DNA of 64,000 bases, taken from a virus. Lineage: Duplodnaviria > Caudoviricetes. The stretch lies in the IMG/VR virus record IMGVR_UViG_3300041964_000148. One strand, written 5' to 3'. The position numbers and the translations under genes were made by a program. Of the stretch, positions 63,977 to 64,000 are shown in pieces (position 1 is the first letter of the stretch; every line of letters begins with the position of its first letter). The notes beneath the pieces are model-generated. The model saw only the letters and a list, made by a program, of their open reading frames with translations. It was not told the DNA's origin and made no database searches.

Positions 63977-64000
63977 GGTTTTGCTGATTTTCTCAATTGG

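Overview
This window looks like part of a large temperate cyanobacterial phage or phage-plasmid. Evidence: the HIP1 octamer GCGATCGC occurs more than 60 times by eye, and terminase-small-like, endolysin/holin-like and tail-like genes are interspersed with DNA-metabolism genes. Recognisable parts: an Rnl2-type RNA ligase; class II ribonucleotide reductase nrdJ split by a group I intron carrying a LAGLIDADG endonuclease; MazG; a YjjX-like NTPase; an SF2 helicase; RNase HII; three C5-cytosine methyltransferases; ASCH-like, DUF5131-like and TGT-fold genes; and two IS200/IS605 TnpB elements. Less obvious structure found by reading the DNA: (1) three twister self-cleaving ribozymes, each preceded by a GC hairpin and followed by a conserved leader, separating consecutive genes at 60.5-64 kb; (2) a palindrome with core CACGG-AGAA-CCGTG dispersed 12 times; (3) two tandem methyltransferases whose TRD and motif IX are encoded by a nested gene in another frame (EcoHK31I-like alpha/beta); (4) a ~3.36-kb rolling-circle plasmid (rep, RHH, YoeB-type TA, tRNA-like element) that appears to have split a phage gene in frame; (5) orphan MazE-like and PrlF-like antitoxin mimics; (6) a recurrent AGCAAAA-N-N-ATG leader. 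All family assignments come from motif recognition only; no database searches were run.
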